A DNA stretch of 64,000 nucleotides from Octopus vulgaris. Taxonomy: Eukaryota. The stretch lies in the NCBI GenBank assembly GCA_951406725.2, contig OX597820.1, positions 78,616,001-78,680,000 on the forward strand. Direction: 5' to 3'. The notes under the pieces were generated by a model. It was not told the origin of the DNA and ran no database searches. It saw only the letters and a program-made list of their open reading frames with translations. Of the stretch, positions 30,675 through 43,851 are shown piece after piece; position 1 is the first letter of the stretch; each line of letters begins with the position of its first letter. The position numbers and the translations under genes are program-made.

Positions 30675-30792
30675 TTATGTTTACAATTCACCCAACACTA
30701 GACCCCCATGTAATGCATTCCCTACAAAGGTCGAGATCACATCACCGAAGAGCATTGTGACACAATTTCTTCACTGCAAATGGTCCTGCACT
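30675..30792 (+). mobile_element. CR1/L2-like ORF2 C-terminal scrap
   Basis: [10 protein letters not shown]...RSHH...[11 protein letters not shown] aligns with FKIHPRLGP...HNFFSSTGSAL at 4960-5070. Confidence 0.6.
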
Positions 30793-30824
30793 TTATATAT
30801 ATATATATAAATATATATAAAGAT

Positions 30825-30897
<73 letters not shown>

Positions 30898-30900
<3 letters not shown>

Positions 30901-31730
30901 ACCTAGCGAAGGAGGAGAAGGGAAAGATGATGGTTTCATGATCCCTAGATTGAAAAGTTCTGAGGATCCATGTACACATTTTACGGCAACATCGACTTTT
31001 TGGGGGGATGAGCATACTCCAGCTAAAGTTGCTCTCCACAGTTATACCTATGTCTCTGATTTTATCCGACGGTTCAAGTAGGTCTCCCGAAGTTAGTGTA
31101 TATGGTTGTTTGGGTGTCCCCTCTTTTCCAAAGTAGATAAGCTGAAATTTTTCCTCGTTCAACTGCATATTGTTTTTTTGTGCCCACTGAGTTACTGCGC
31201 ATAGGTCCGATTGAAGCATCGTTCGAGCATATGCTCTCTTAATGACTTTTTGGTGCTTAGAGTCATCTGCGAATATTTTAATGATGCTATGTTCAAAGGA
31301 ATCTGCAGTGTCATTGATATAGACAATAAAAACTGGACAGTACCCTGCAGGACTCCACTGATTACTTTTTGCTGGTCCTGAGAGGATGCCATCAACCACA
31401 ACATGCTGGGTCCTGTTTGTTAGGAAATACCTAATTCATGGAAGTAGCTTTCCACCGACTTCAGCGTTGGATAGCTTCCTTAACAGTATATTGTGGTCAA
31501 CTCTGTCAAAGGCCTTACTGAAACCAAGGTACATGACATACGCATGCGTTGGAGCCCTCACTTAGTGCATTTAAGATGTCATCAAAGTGATGGAGGAGCT
31601 GTGTTAGGCAGTCTCTCCTACCACGAGAGCCATGCTGGTTGCAATTGGAGATGATTTTGTTCTAGGAAGGCTATTATTTTTGATCTCAACACTCTCTCAA
31701 ATACTTTGATGATATGTGAGGTGAGTGAGA
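30898..31730 (-). mobile_element. CR1/L2-like reverse transcriptase fragment
   Basis: FSKAFDRVDH (about 31495-31522), SGVLQGTV, FIVYIND, KIFADDSK, WAQKNNMQLNEEKFQ and IRDIGI, with frameshifts. Confidence 0.88.
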
Positions 31731-31799
31731 TTATATATGAAGCTAACGTAAATAGTTTCTCGTATTAATCAAATTTACTGCTGAAAGTTAATTTCTTTT

Positions 31800-32200
31800 A
31801 AACCAAAATAGATATCAATGATTTCGATTTGAAGTTTCCATCCGCGCAGAAAATTCTAATACCACTTTTAAAAACATGTCTGTGATTCTAAGATTATCAA
31901 AATACATTAGAGAATGTTAGAAATTAGCTCGTTTCAGAAAACTTTCTCGCTTCAAGACTATACGTAGAAGATAATTATATTTATGGTAATCCATAGAATG
32001 TGATCCAAAGAATATGGTATGAATATCGCGTAAATTTTCGAAACTCAATTTTCGAAAGTTTTTGAAAGATAATTCGATTCGTTGAACACTATCTTTCGGA
32101 AGATAAATAACCGAAAATGACTCCTTCTCAGTCAATCCGAGCAAATTTAAACAAATATTTCTGTATTGATCGATTTCGTGTTTGTCCAGATAATTCTTAT
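31800..32200 (-). mobile_element. Possible ancient hAT transposase C-terminal remnant
   Basis: SFENLRDIHTIFFGSH weakly resembles the hAT dimerisation-domain motif FP.L...A...S.FGSTY.CE. Confidence 0.3.
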
Positions 32201-33094
32201 AAATAATATTTTGTTTCTATTTTTCTCATTATATTGGCGATAACTTTCTTTGGATGAAAACCGTGTTTTGGTACAATGTTTCTTAATTACCCCATCATTG
32301 TTATCATACAAGACTTCACTGTTAACATAGGTTACTGAACCGATTTATCAATAGTTTATTATAAATACGCACTCGAAATGTTTTTATTATTCTCTCCAAC
32401 TCATAACAGATTAAACTGTTCAACTGATTGTCTCGTCTAACTTCACCTAACTACTTAGCAACATGTAATTCCTAGGTTCGATTCCCAATACCGCAAGAAC
32501 TACTAATTAGATTTTCGATTGCTTTTCAGGGATTTGCATTAAGTCTTTAATGTGAATACCGAGGTGGCCTGCGTCTTATCTTAGTTTACGTTATTTTCTA
32601 AATCCTCTGACTGAACGATCACAAGCCAACTTTGAGTTTCATGATTTGTTTGGTTTTTAATTCCTGGGTTAAAGAAAGGGGCAGTGCCCATAACATTAAC
32701 ATGCCCTTCTAGACCGGTGACGCCCGCCACAAATCTTTCTAAGTCAACAATTACGGAAAATATATGAGCTGATGGGGAACGCCGTCGATGTTCTAAGAAG
32801 GGTGTCGTTAGAAAAACGTCCACTAAGTCTTCTGAAAATTGTGTTGTAAGAACACTGAGTTCAAGACCAAGACAAAACTACTTGAAGGAGCTTAAACAGT
32901 GTCACAACGTATGAAAATCGAAGAAAACTCAAACTGGGAAGAAGAAGAAGAATGATGAATAAATCGCTGCTTCCTGCTATATAAGCTGCCCACCAGTAAT
33001 CTTCTGCCAAAAATGAATCCGAAGTTTCTAGTCTTCCTTTAGCCTGGTTGGATTATATTTTCACTCACTGTAAATAATTCAGGATATTTATACT

Positions 33095-33315
33095 ACACCC
33101 GTGCTTGTGCCACCTAAAAGCACTGGTGTCGGCGCCACGAAAAATCTCTGTAAAGTGGTTGACTTTAAGAAAGGCAGCCAATCGTAGAAACCTTTGCCAA
33201 AACAGACAATTGGAGGCTGGTGTAGCTGTTCGGTTTGCCAGATCTTGTCAAACCGTCCAACCCATGCCCGCATGTAAAACGGAGGTTAAATGGTGATGGT
33301 GATGCTGATGGTAAT
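33095..33315 (+). mobile_element. 3' part of another SINE or retroposon family with a (GAT)n-like tail
   Basis: tcgtagaaacc...gtcaaaccgtccaacccatgcccgcatg...ttaaatggtgatggtgatg. A related scrap lies at about 30185-30212. Confidence 0.55.
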
Positions 33316-33344
33316 GATTCCTATGGGTTAAATCATAGACCTAA

Positions 33345-33795
33345 CACACACCCTTACACACCCATACACACATCCACACTCACCCATACATACCCACACC
33401 CACCCACACATAACCCACACTCGGTTATACACACCCACACACACACACATACACACATTCACCTATACACACCTAAACATAACCCACACTCACCCGCCCA
33501 CACGCTCACACGCACACACTTATACACATCCACGCTCACTCATATACAGCCACGCACACCCACATACACATCTGCACACACCCACACATAACCCACACTC
33601 ACCCATACACACCTACCAACACACTCACACACAAACTCATACTCACCCATACACACCCACACACGCCTACACAGTCATATTCACCTATACACTCCCACAA
33701 CACACCCACACACCCACATTCCCCCATACACACCCACACTCAACCATACACACACTCGCCCATACACACTCACACCAACAATCACCCATGCACAT
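33345..33795. repeat. Degenerate CA/CCCA-rich low-complexity tandem repeat
   Basis: Recurring cacccacacataacccacactc motifs. Confidence 0.8.
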
Positions 33796-33964
33796 AACAG
33801 CAGACACATGGTTCGATTCTCGGTCGAGATACTATTCAGAGAGGCTTTTTGTTTTGTTTCTTTTTTTGTTGTTTTTTGTCTAAGGAGTATTGAGTTAGCT
33901 TCTGTAAAAAGTTTTTGTATTTGGTATGCCAGATTCTTTATGTGAATTCGTGTGTTGAAGCCTG

Positions 33965-34130
33965 TTTTATTGTTTCTGGGAAGAGTCATTCTCTTTTAGT
34001 GCCTTATTATTTAACAGACTCACCTGTTCGATTTCGACTCATTTAGTTACTTATGAGTGGAAATCGAACCGGTGAGTCTGTTAAATAATAAGACACTAAA
34101 AGGGAATGATTCTCCCTATGCACAATAAAA
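33965..34130. repeat. Long near-perfect palindrome
   Basis: 33983-34042 and 34053-34112 are reverse complements with about 5 mismatches in 60 bp around a 10-nt loop. Weaker pairing extends outward. Confidence 0.92.
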
Positions 34131-34574
34131 TTCTGTAAAAAAACTTCTCAAATTCTTCAATGCTTCAATCAAACAAACTCAAACTTGCTCCCTTTTGTTG
34201 GTCGTACATATAAAGCTTCTGATTTTAACGGTTAGAACTCATCAAGTCTCTTTGGTGTCGTGGTATCGTGGTCATCTAATATACGGCAGATTCATTGTCT
34301 GGTCTTCATATGTGATTGTTTCCGTTTTTTTTTTTTATAATTTCTACCCAGTTTGTAAAAATACTTAAACAGCATTTTAACAGATATATCATGCGCCATT
34401 ATTTATAGCATCGCCATTTGCATTAGAACAGCAATTTCTTTTTTAAAAAAATTATTTTCAAGTTTCTTAATGCTTCAATCGAAATACAGACAATATACAT
34501 ATAATATGTGTGTGTGTGTATTCGAATATGTGCATATATACATATATATATGTATGTATGTATATAAGTACAGT

Positions 34575-34632
<58 letters not shown>

Positions 34633-35749
34633 TGTATGTATATACAGTCATATATATGTGGGGGTGGTATGTATGTGTGTATGCTCATATGTCTGGTCGG
34701 TAAAACTGCACATTTAATAATACATATACCATTAAAGTAATTGCAAAATAGTTATTTAGTTTCCAGTTCTTTTTGCATTACAATTTATCGCAAATAGCTA
34801 AGTTTCCACATTGATCATTATTTTTTTATTTTTTATACTATATTTTATATATCATTTTCTTCTCTCGCTTAAATGCAATTGTCACCTCTCTTTTATCATC
34901 TTCTTTTTCAAAACAGCCATCTACTTTGTAATCGTTGCTAATTTGGTTTAAGTAAAACATCTACTTCTAAACAACTTTTTGTCATTTAATCTAAATTACA
35001 TTTATCTGGAACTTTGTTACAACAATGCTTTAATAGAATTGAACTGTTCTTTTATGCAGTAATGTGTTAAAGTGTAACTATTGTAGATAAACACGCTCTA
35101 TCTTACTGACTCTTACTCTTTCTATCTGTGTCTATTTCTGTCTGTCTTAATCCATCTATCTATTTTTCTGTCCATCTATCTATCTGTCTATATATCTATC
35201 TCTCCCACTGTATACATATGCTGTCTTTTATTGCCAAATTCATTTCATTGCCAGACAGTTAATGAGCACTAATGTTGAGTACAGTACATTTATTATTGCT
35301 AACTAACAAGGTGATGATCGCTTAGAAATGGAACTATTTGAAAGAATGTGTCAGGACAGTTAAGATAGCGGTTAAATAAACAAATATAAATTCATTTTAA
35401 AATAATCATGATAAATTGAGTTAAACTTATGCGAAAACAAACCGCATAACTTACTTTCGTCTGACTTGTTTAGTGTGCGTGTGTATATGTATGTGTGCGT
35501 GTGTATTTGTGTGTAACTGTGTGTGAGTATGTGTGTGTGTGTGTGTGTGTGTGTACGTTTATTATTCACAATAAGAGCCCGTGCCCTTGTCCTTCGTAGG
35601 CCGCGGGAAACCTGTGAGACAGACATGGCCAATAGTCTTCTTAAGAAGCAACAGGTCAACAGGTGAAGGAAAAAATTATGCCAAAATGATAAATCCAGAG
35701 GTACGATGGCCGTGTGATTAGAATATTGCAGCAAAGAATAGCAAGAGGG

Positions 35750-36180
35750 ATCCTTCGAGCTGAATCAACAGGCAGGGAATCAAGGGTCAGCCAGAAAGGA
35801 GAAGGCTGGATAATATTCATAGCATCACTTGATCGCGCTTGGGAATCCAGCTAAAAAGTATAATGGCAGTTGCTTGTGATAGGGCCCTTTGGAAGAGGTA
35901 CCTGAAGAGCCTACTTCAACCAACCTCCTAGAAATAGCGAGCGGAGAGAATGATGGATGGATAGACATTTTGGGTGGAATAGTATAGAGAGGAGGAGGAG
36001 GAGGAGGAATCACTAGTGCGTGAGTGGATATGAAGCGACACCAGCTCTGAGGAGCAAAGTATTCTGACGTAACAGTAGATTACACAGAAAGGGGACATTG
36101 CATTTATGGGCCTGGTTTGGAGTGTGTTGGTGAGCGATTTCATACCAATCAGTCGGGTTGCCTTTCCCTAAATGTGATAA
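35750..36180 (-). mobile_element. Degenerate L2/Jockey-like LINE ORF2 C-terminus
   Basis: ATRLIGMKSLTNTLQ...IYCY...CSSEL resembles AIRLIG...LT..LQ.L.HRR...FYRY..G.CS.EL. Confidence 0.45.
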
Positions 36181-36574
36181 TCAACGTATGTGTAGCATTA
36201 GTACTGTGATAGATTTGAGAATCAGAGGCCTCGTTTCGAGCCTTAGAAGAGTTTTTTAGGGGGTTAGTATTTGTTGGGTTAGATAAATATTACAGCGAAA
36301 CAAATAATGCGTCGTATGTTGTACAGTATTAGAAATATCATGATTGAAAAGCATACAGTAGATAGGCATAGCCTTAAATTTATATTTAAGAAGCTGGCTT
36401 TGAAATCACGCGGTTTCGGTTCAATCCTACTGCGCGACATCTTGGGCAAGTGTCTTCTACAAAAGCCCCGGGGGCAAGCAATTCCCTGTGAGTGAATTTA
36501 GTAGATGGAAACTGTAAAGAAGCTCGTTGCGGGTACATCCTTGAATAAAACTGCATAAATATGTCTACCCTGGA

Positions 36575-36615
<41 letters not shown>

Positions 36616-36616
<1 letters not shown>

Positions 36617-36990
36617 TGTGGCTGTGTGGTAAGTAGCTTGTTTACCAACCACATGGTTCTGGGTTCAGTCCCACTGCGTGGCACCTTGGGCAAGTGTCTT
36701 CTACTATAGCCTCGGGCCGACCAAAGCCATGTGAGTGGATTTGGTAGACGGAAACTGATAGAAGCCCGTCGTATATATGTATATATATGTGTGTGTGTGT
36801 GTGTTTGTCCCCCTAGCATTGCTTGACAACCGATGCTGATGTGTTTATGTCCCCGTTACTTAGCGGTTCGGCAAAAGAGACCGATAGAATAAGTACTGGG
36901 CTTACAAAAGAATAAGTCCCGGGGTCGAGTTTCTCGATTAAAGGCGGTGCTCCAGCATGGCCGCAGTCAAATGACTGAAACAAGTAAAAG
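36616..36990 (+). mobile_element. SINE family A, near full length (preceded by a diverged head at about 36385-36530)
   Basis: A-box-like gtggctgtgtggtaag, B-box-like gggttcagtccc, core caccttgggcaag, an internal microsatellite and the 3' end tgactgaaacaagtaaaag. Confidence 0.92.
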
Positions 36991-37288
36991 GCTGAGGTTT
37001 AACGTGAGTGTCATGTGAGTAATACTGTAATAAACAAGATCTCAAGATGTATAAGTCTCCATTCTTTTTTATAATGTCTTGGATGTACACTTTGTTGTAT
37101 TCTGTATAAAATCAAAGCAGCAAACTCAGGTTTTCCCTGACGAGTGAAGTACCGTGTAAGTATCTTAAATTAAGCAATTTTGTGTGTTCCCTAACATTCG
37201 ATGTGGTTAACCAGAATCTTTAATATATCAGAGTACTAATAGAGTACGTACTCGGATTCCAACTCCTTATTCCTTCCCCGTATATAAG

Positions 37289-37360
<72 letters not shown>

Positions 37361-38071
37361 TATGTATATGTGTGGGTGTAAACTATATACATCTCTGTGT
37401 TTGTCCTGCACTGTTTCACAACCGCAGTTGGTTTCTTTACGTATCCGTAACTTAGCGGCTCGGCAAGAGATCGACAGAATAAACACCAGACTTACAAATT
37501 AGAACAACCGTACCCTCCAAGCTTGTGCCCCAGCATAGCCGCTGTTGAATGACTTGAAGAAGTAAACGATAAAAGAAAAATATATAATTTTTTTTTTTCT
37601 TAATTTCCTGCGTTAGAAATGGTCTCTGTTAAATCATGGCCAGCGAAATTTCTCGTTTCCACTCTAAAGTTGTCAGGCTTCATTGCCGTTCAAATGTTTT
37701 AATACGAATCTCATAAAACTGAAGAATTTACTACAAAGATCTGATCTTTTCAGCAATGAACACTTTTCAAATTATGTATTGATTTTTGTACTGATATCAG
37801 TCAATATATTCAATCTTTATAAAGAACAAATCTTTCGTTGATAGCGTCGAAATTCTCTCAATAGCGTTAACACATCGTGAATCTTTGCATCTGTCGATGG
37901 CTGGAGAAAAGCTCAGACCGAAACAAAGTTTGGGGTGCAAATCCGAATATAAATCAATGTTGATGTTAAACGTAATATATTTTTGATATCAAAAACACTA
38001 AGAGACAACATGATATATGTATTTATATATATACATACATATGTATAAATATATGCATACATACATATGTG

Positions 38072-38109
<38 letters not shown>

Positions 38110-38198
38110 TATATATATAAATTATATATACTTATATATATATGTATATATATGAACATGTATATGCATGAACATGTATATGCATGTATACATGTATA

Positions 38199-38243
<45 letters not shown>

Positions 38244-38321
38244 AATATACATGTATAATTATATATAAACATATATACATATATCTATATATACGTATAT
38301 ATATATATATATAGATATGTG

Positions 38322-38359
<38 letters not shown>

Positions 38360-38408
38360 TGTGTGTCTGTGTATGTATACGCGCACACGCGCGCACACAC
38401 GCACGCAC

Positions 38409-38476
<68 letters not shown>

Positions 38477-39098
38477 GTTAAGTTTTAATCTCAAAAGACT
38501 TCAAGGAAGCTGGAGGTTAGATAGTTCGGCTGAAGAATGTGAAATTATTTCAATAATGTAGACATTGTTTTATTTTTAAGGTGAAATACACAAACGAGGT
38601 AAATCGACTCAAGCGCATAACAGATTAGACATTTTAGACTTAGCTTTTGCGATGCTTGATGTAACAAGATGAAATAACCGTAGTTCGAATCAATCAGCAA
38701 TGCACCGATATCATATAACTTGACTATCTATTGTGTTTGACATCTTTCATTGAACTGTGGTCATGCTGGAGCACGAGCACGATTCTCAAGGGTTTATCAA
38801 AGTAAGACCAAATTTCAACAATAATCTACATAGGAAGTCAGAAAGAAGCTATTAATTTCTTAATTAGTCGTTGACTCTTAAATTTCTGAGAGTCTAGTGA
38901 GAAATTATACGATTCTAAAGTTTCATACGTAGGTTAGTTTTAATTAAACCGTGTGGAAGAAGTTGAGTGACTCAGGTTCGAGACTTTGAATATAAGTGTA
39001 CAGCTCTACTCCAGAACTAAACAAACATAGAATTAATACTGATCGTCCAATCTGCTGAAGAGAGCAACCGAATCTCCCTCATATAACACAGGATAATA

Positions 39099-39306
39099 CA
39101 GGGTGGCCCAAAAGTAGGTTTATAGTTATCATGTAGGCACTTTAAGTTTCTTTAAAAACATTTTATTACATTTAAATTTATTTTACAATTAACTAAATTA
39201 GCATAGAATAATGGTTTCATATTTTTTATAATTAAGATCTAAACGTTAATATGTGAATGCGAAAGAGGTAATTGAATAACTGTAAACCTAGTTTTGAGCC
39301 ATCCTG
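39099..39306. mobile_element. Tc1/mariner-type MITE, copy 1
   Basis: TA-cagggtggcccaaaagtaggtttatagtt ... aactgtaaacctagttttgagccatcctg-TA. Confidence 0.85.
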
Positions 39307-39316
39307 TACACACATA

Positions 39317-39528
39317 CGTAGTGACCCAAAAGTAGGTTTACAGTTGTCACGTAGGCACTTTAAATTTCTTTTAAAACGTTTTATTACATTTAAATTTCTA
39401 TCTGACAATTAACTAAATTAGCATAGACTAATGGTTTTATATTTTTTTATAATTAATAAATAAACCGTTAATATATGAATGCGCAAGAGATAGTTGAATA
39501 ACTGTAAACCTACTTTCAGGCCATCCTG
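39317..39528. mobile_element. Tc1/mariner-type MITE, copy 2 (tandem)
   Basis: gtgacccaaaagtaggtttacagtt ... aactgtaaacctactttcaggccatcctg-TA, with an interior colinear with copy 1. Confidence 0.85.
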
Positions 39529-39729
39529 TATAGTCCTGGAAAATATGCGGCGAACAACGCTGGAATGCCTTAGGACTAAATTACGACCTATGTGCATATT
39601 TATTGCTTATTTTTTTAGAAAGGGTAGCGAGAGCTAGAGATTTTAGCTAGAGAAAAGACGCATTACCGGTAACTTTTCTACTCTATGCACAAGGCCCGAA
39701 ATTTGAGGGGACGGGGCCCCGTCGGTTAG

Positions 39730-39873
39730 ATTGACCCCAGGACTTATTCTTTGTAAGCTTAGTATTTATTCTATCGGTCTCTTTTGCCGAACCGCTAAGT
39801 TACGGAGACGTAACCGCACCAATTTCGATTGTCAAGCGATGATAGGAGACAAACACAGACACATAAACTTATG

Positions 39874-39930
<57 letters not shown>

Positions 39931-40080
39931 GACGAGCTTCTTTCAGTTTCCGTCTACCAAATCCACTGACAAGGCTTTGGTCGACCCAAGGCTGTAGCAG
40001 AAGACACTTACTCAAGGAGAACTGAACCCGGAACCATGTGGTTGGGAAGCAAGCTTCTAATCACACATCCACGCCTGTGC
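39730..40080 (-). mobile_element. SINE family A
   Basis: Reverse complement of the 3' half, a (CA)/(TA) tract and the head. Confidence 0.85.
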
Positions 40081-40085
40081 GCCTA

Positions 40086-40191
40086 TGTGAAATAAAGTAT
40101 CTTTCTCAAGGACACAACGCGCCACCAGGACTCGAACTCATAACCTTACGATCGAGGTAATACGCTAACCACTAAGGCATATGCCTTCACA
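40086..40191 (-). mobile_element. tRNA-derived head of a third SINE family
   Basis: The minus strand reads gtgaaggc...ccttagtggttagcg...gagttcgagtcctgg...gttgtgtccttgag, giving A and B boxes. Confidence 0.7.
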
Positions 40192-42343
40192 AGGTATGAA
40201 CCACTGATTTTCCATACAATATACTTATATCCTATAGGTTTTACAAACAACAATAGTTTCTGGGAGTCTTAATTCGTTGCGAAATTATATGTTGCTATGC
40301 AGCGCTCGGATTGGCATAAATATTTATGGATTCACTCTCTGTTGAATGCTCTCCTTCACTTTTTAGTTAATTCGAATGCAGGGGTTATATTCCCTTGTCT
40401 TCCATGACCACAATTAATAAGTAATCTCAAAAATGGTTTTTATTCGCCTCGGGGGTAATTTTTATTAACTGGTATACTTGCACCCACTTAATGATATGTT
40501 TTATACGAGTAGAGAAATAAGGAGCGTCGCATCCATCTTTTACCAATCGACAGAGTTTGAATTAACTGACTGCTTCTTTGTCTTCTTTGAAGTCACTTGC
40601 GCTACAGTAGTCTCAAGCCTCGCTTGAGACAAAATCGCATAAAATAATTCATGTCCTCTAAAAGGAATTGACAAAAATTGTGCGAAATACCTCCAGCGGA
40701 AGACCAAAACTGCATCATAGTATATTTCCGGAAGATTGTTTCCCCTACTCTCCTATGTTTCGCCATCTTTATAGTAAAAACTGATTTCTTAAATTGAAAC
40801 TGTTGCAAATGGATGTATCGAACTTCGTACTACTACTACTGGAGTTTATTTCATCGAACATGGAAACAAGAGATATAAACCCGAAACCTTCGGGATTTGA
40901 AATTTGGACAAGCAGAAATGGAAACTAAACAGTAATCTCTGAGATAAATTCGTTCGTTCTCTACTGCCTTGATTTTAATTCTTTCCAATGTCATTTGTAG
41001 TAATATGAAAAACCCATAACACACTACTATTTTCATGGTAGTGTGTTATGGGTCTTGTTTTCTGTTGTTTTTTTACTTTTTATGACCCACATTTGAAATT
41101 TGAATTAATTTTACCTTTTTTTCAGACACATGATGATGGAATGCAGGGTAGAAAAGATACCGAACGAATTTATCTGACAACCCAATACTAAAAGCATATA
41201 TTCCGCCAATTTGGTGCCACTTTATTGATTTTTCCCATTGAAATAAAGAAATGTTCAAAATCAAAGAATATGTGTCTAGATTTTAATGGTAATACTGAAT
41301 AATGAGTATTTTCAATGCTTAATTTTATTAGTGGTTCTTAGTTCTCAAATGACTCTCTTGTATTTTGGTTTAACTTTTGTCGTTACTGATGTTGTTTTTC
41401 TTTTGTTCTTGTTGTTGTTGTTTCTTCAATAAAACGTTGATTCTAGTGAAGAATATGCATTGGAAAGATAATATTTTATAGCTTTCATGTCTTCTAGTGA
41501 ACAGAGAGACAGCTAAAAGTGTATTCTTTTGTGACACAATATAAAATTATATTCATGTATAATCAAATATATTTTATGTTTAAATCATAAATGATTGATC
41601 TTCTATGATAACTTTCCTTGAAATTTTTTTTAATTTTTAAGTTGTGTAGAAAATGAATTATAAACGAAAAAAAAATTAAAAGCTCGAGTTTTTTCTTACC
41701 CGAGCTTTTTATAATTTTACACAGTAAGAAAACTTTTTGGTTTTTTTTTTTGTTTCATTCTACAAGATAAATTAAATTTAAAATGTGTTTTAACAACTAT
41801 TCATTTGACCTGAATGGCACCTTGAGAACATTCTTATAAAATATCTATTTACCGCAAAATGTATTTATAACAAGTTTTATTTTTCAACGCGCTAAAATTG
41901 TTTCTTGTTTCGAGTTCACAAAATATAGAAGTATTTTACCGAGAACCACAATCATGTATAATATATTTACTTCACCTCAGTAAGAATCTCTGATGACATT
42001 TTCTATTTTCTTCATGTCAATTTGCAATGCAAGAATTGCTATACATGGGCATTGCTATGCATATGCATATATATTCATACATTTACATGTACGTACGCGT
42101 GTGCGTGTGTGATATATTAATGAAGAGTACATTTGGTTTCATGTTAAGAAAAGTAGTAAAATATGCTAGAAAGGCGAACACTTTTCTCCATGTGATCGGC
42201 TAGGAAAATTGTTAAGACACCGAGGATATTTTCCCACTTTTCTTGACATGAAACCAATGGTAGCCTTAATTTATAAATAAAGAAATTATATCCACCTATG
42301 CGGTGTTCAGCACTCATTTCCATCGTTCGACATTTACGCGTGC

Positions 42344-42383
<40 letters not shown>

Positions 42384-42473
42384 TCAAACATATAAGGGAT
42401 GGCCATAATAGGACATCCGACTCACTAGAAAGAGCAGCCAAACTCCAAACCACTAATATATATATACTTAAAT

Positions 42474-42541
<68 letters not shown>

Positions 42542-42549
42542 ATATATAT

Positions 42550-43222
42550 CATTATTCAAGATTTATTTCAAGATTTCTTGCCAATAGAGAAAGAACCGGT
42601 TTCTAACCTAGATCCAAAGCTCTGGAATTTCAACATCAACTACAGGGTATTTTTGTTTGTATGTATGTATGTACGTGCAGAGTTGCATGTTTTATGTATG
42701 TATTCTCATGCATATACCTGCATATCTAGACATGCTCATTTATATTTAAATGATAAACTCTTGGAAAGTTTTACAGATTTTTACAGTGCCAGTGATGGAT
42801 TGGATCTGTAACCTTCGAATTAGCTTTCTCCTTTCTGGTTTTGAGAAGCCTAATTTTTCAAGATTGGTATTTAGGCAGTGTGTTACATATCTCAGGTTTC
42901 CAGTAATTACAGGTATAAACCTGAACTTGTAATCTGGATAGAGTAACTGCAGATTTCTCAACAGTTCACCATAGGTGCTCTTTTTTTCACTGATCTTCAG
43001 CATTACGTTAACATCTGCTAGGCAGGTAATTTCCATAACTGTGCACAGTTTCTCTTCTCTATCCCAACTCATTATATCAGGTCTGTTGTGCTTACATTTT
43101 ATTGAGGTCTTCAGTGGGATATTCTACCAGTACTCCTTTTTATTATGAGTGGCTACGGTTTCTACCATATTGTGTATTCTTATTTCTTTGCCTTCGGGAT
43201 TATCCGTCCGACGGATTTCATG
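42550..43222 (-). mobile_element. RLE-type (R2/R4/NeSL-like) non-LTR retrotransposon 3' end
   Basis: KCKHNRPDIMSWDREEKLCTVMEITC..DVN...KISEKKSTY..L...FIPVITG, followed by a 3' UTR and short repeated tail. Confidence 0.85.
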
Positions 43223-43525
43223 ATGGATGGATGGAGGGAGGGAGGGGGTAGATGGATGGATGAATAGATGGCTAATAACTTTGCTTTTCGTGTCATCGGT
43301 GCATGAATTTTAAACTAGGAAGTAATTATCAGAACAAAGGATCTTCAGGATTTGGCATTTGGGATTTGGGAAGGATACGTAAGTAGAGATGGACATTCAT
43401 CAGAGATGAGGTAACGTACCTGTAAGCAATCGATAACAAAAACCATAGCTTCGTCCAAATACTCGACTTCGAGAATAAACGGAATTAGTAACGAAGTTAT
43501 GTATGGCCATATTCGCTAGGGTGTG

Positions 43526-43557
<32 letters not shown>

Positions 43558-43851
43558 GGTGGTGGTGGTGGTAGTGGTAGTTAAGCTGTTGCTGCTAGTA
43601 TGAACAATACTGATACTGGTGATGGTGAAGTTGGTTTAGCTACAAACCAGCCCTGACTGAACAAGCCTCAGATCCAATTTTTCCAACTGCATCCATCTTT
43701 CTTTTTTAGGAAGAATCGATTTGAAAGAAAATTAGCTGTTATTTCTAACAGGTCGTGCGACCACACTAAATTTCATCGAGGTGTCGTTCTTACATGATCA
43801 AACCACTTTAATTTCTGTCTTTTAACAAATGACGCAACCCAGCTAACCGAT

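Noticed and set aside
36616-36690. tRNA genes at SINE heads
   Set aside because: A and B boxes are present, but there is no full cloverleaf and each continues into a SINE body.
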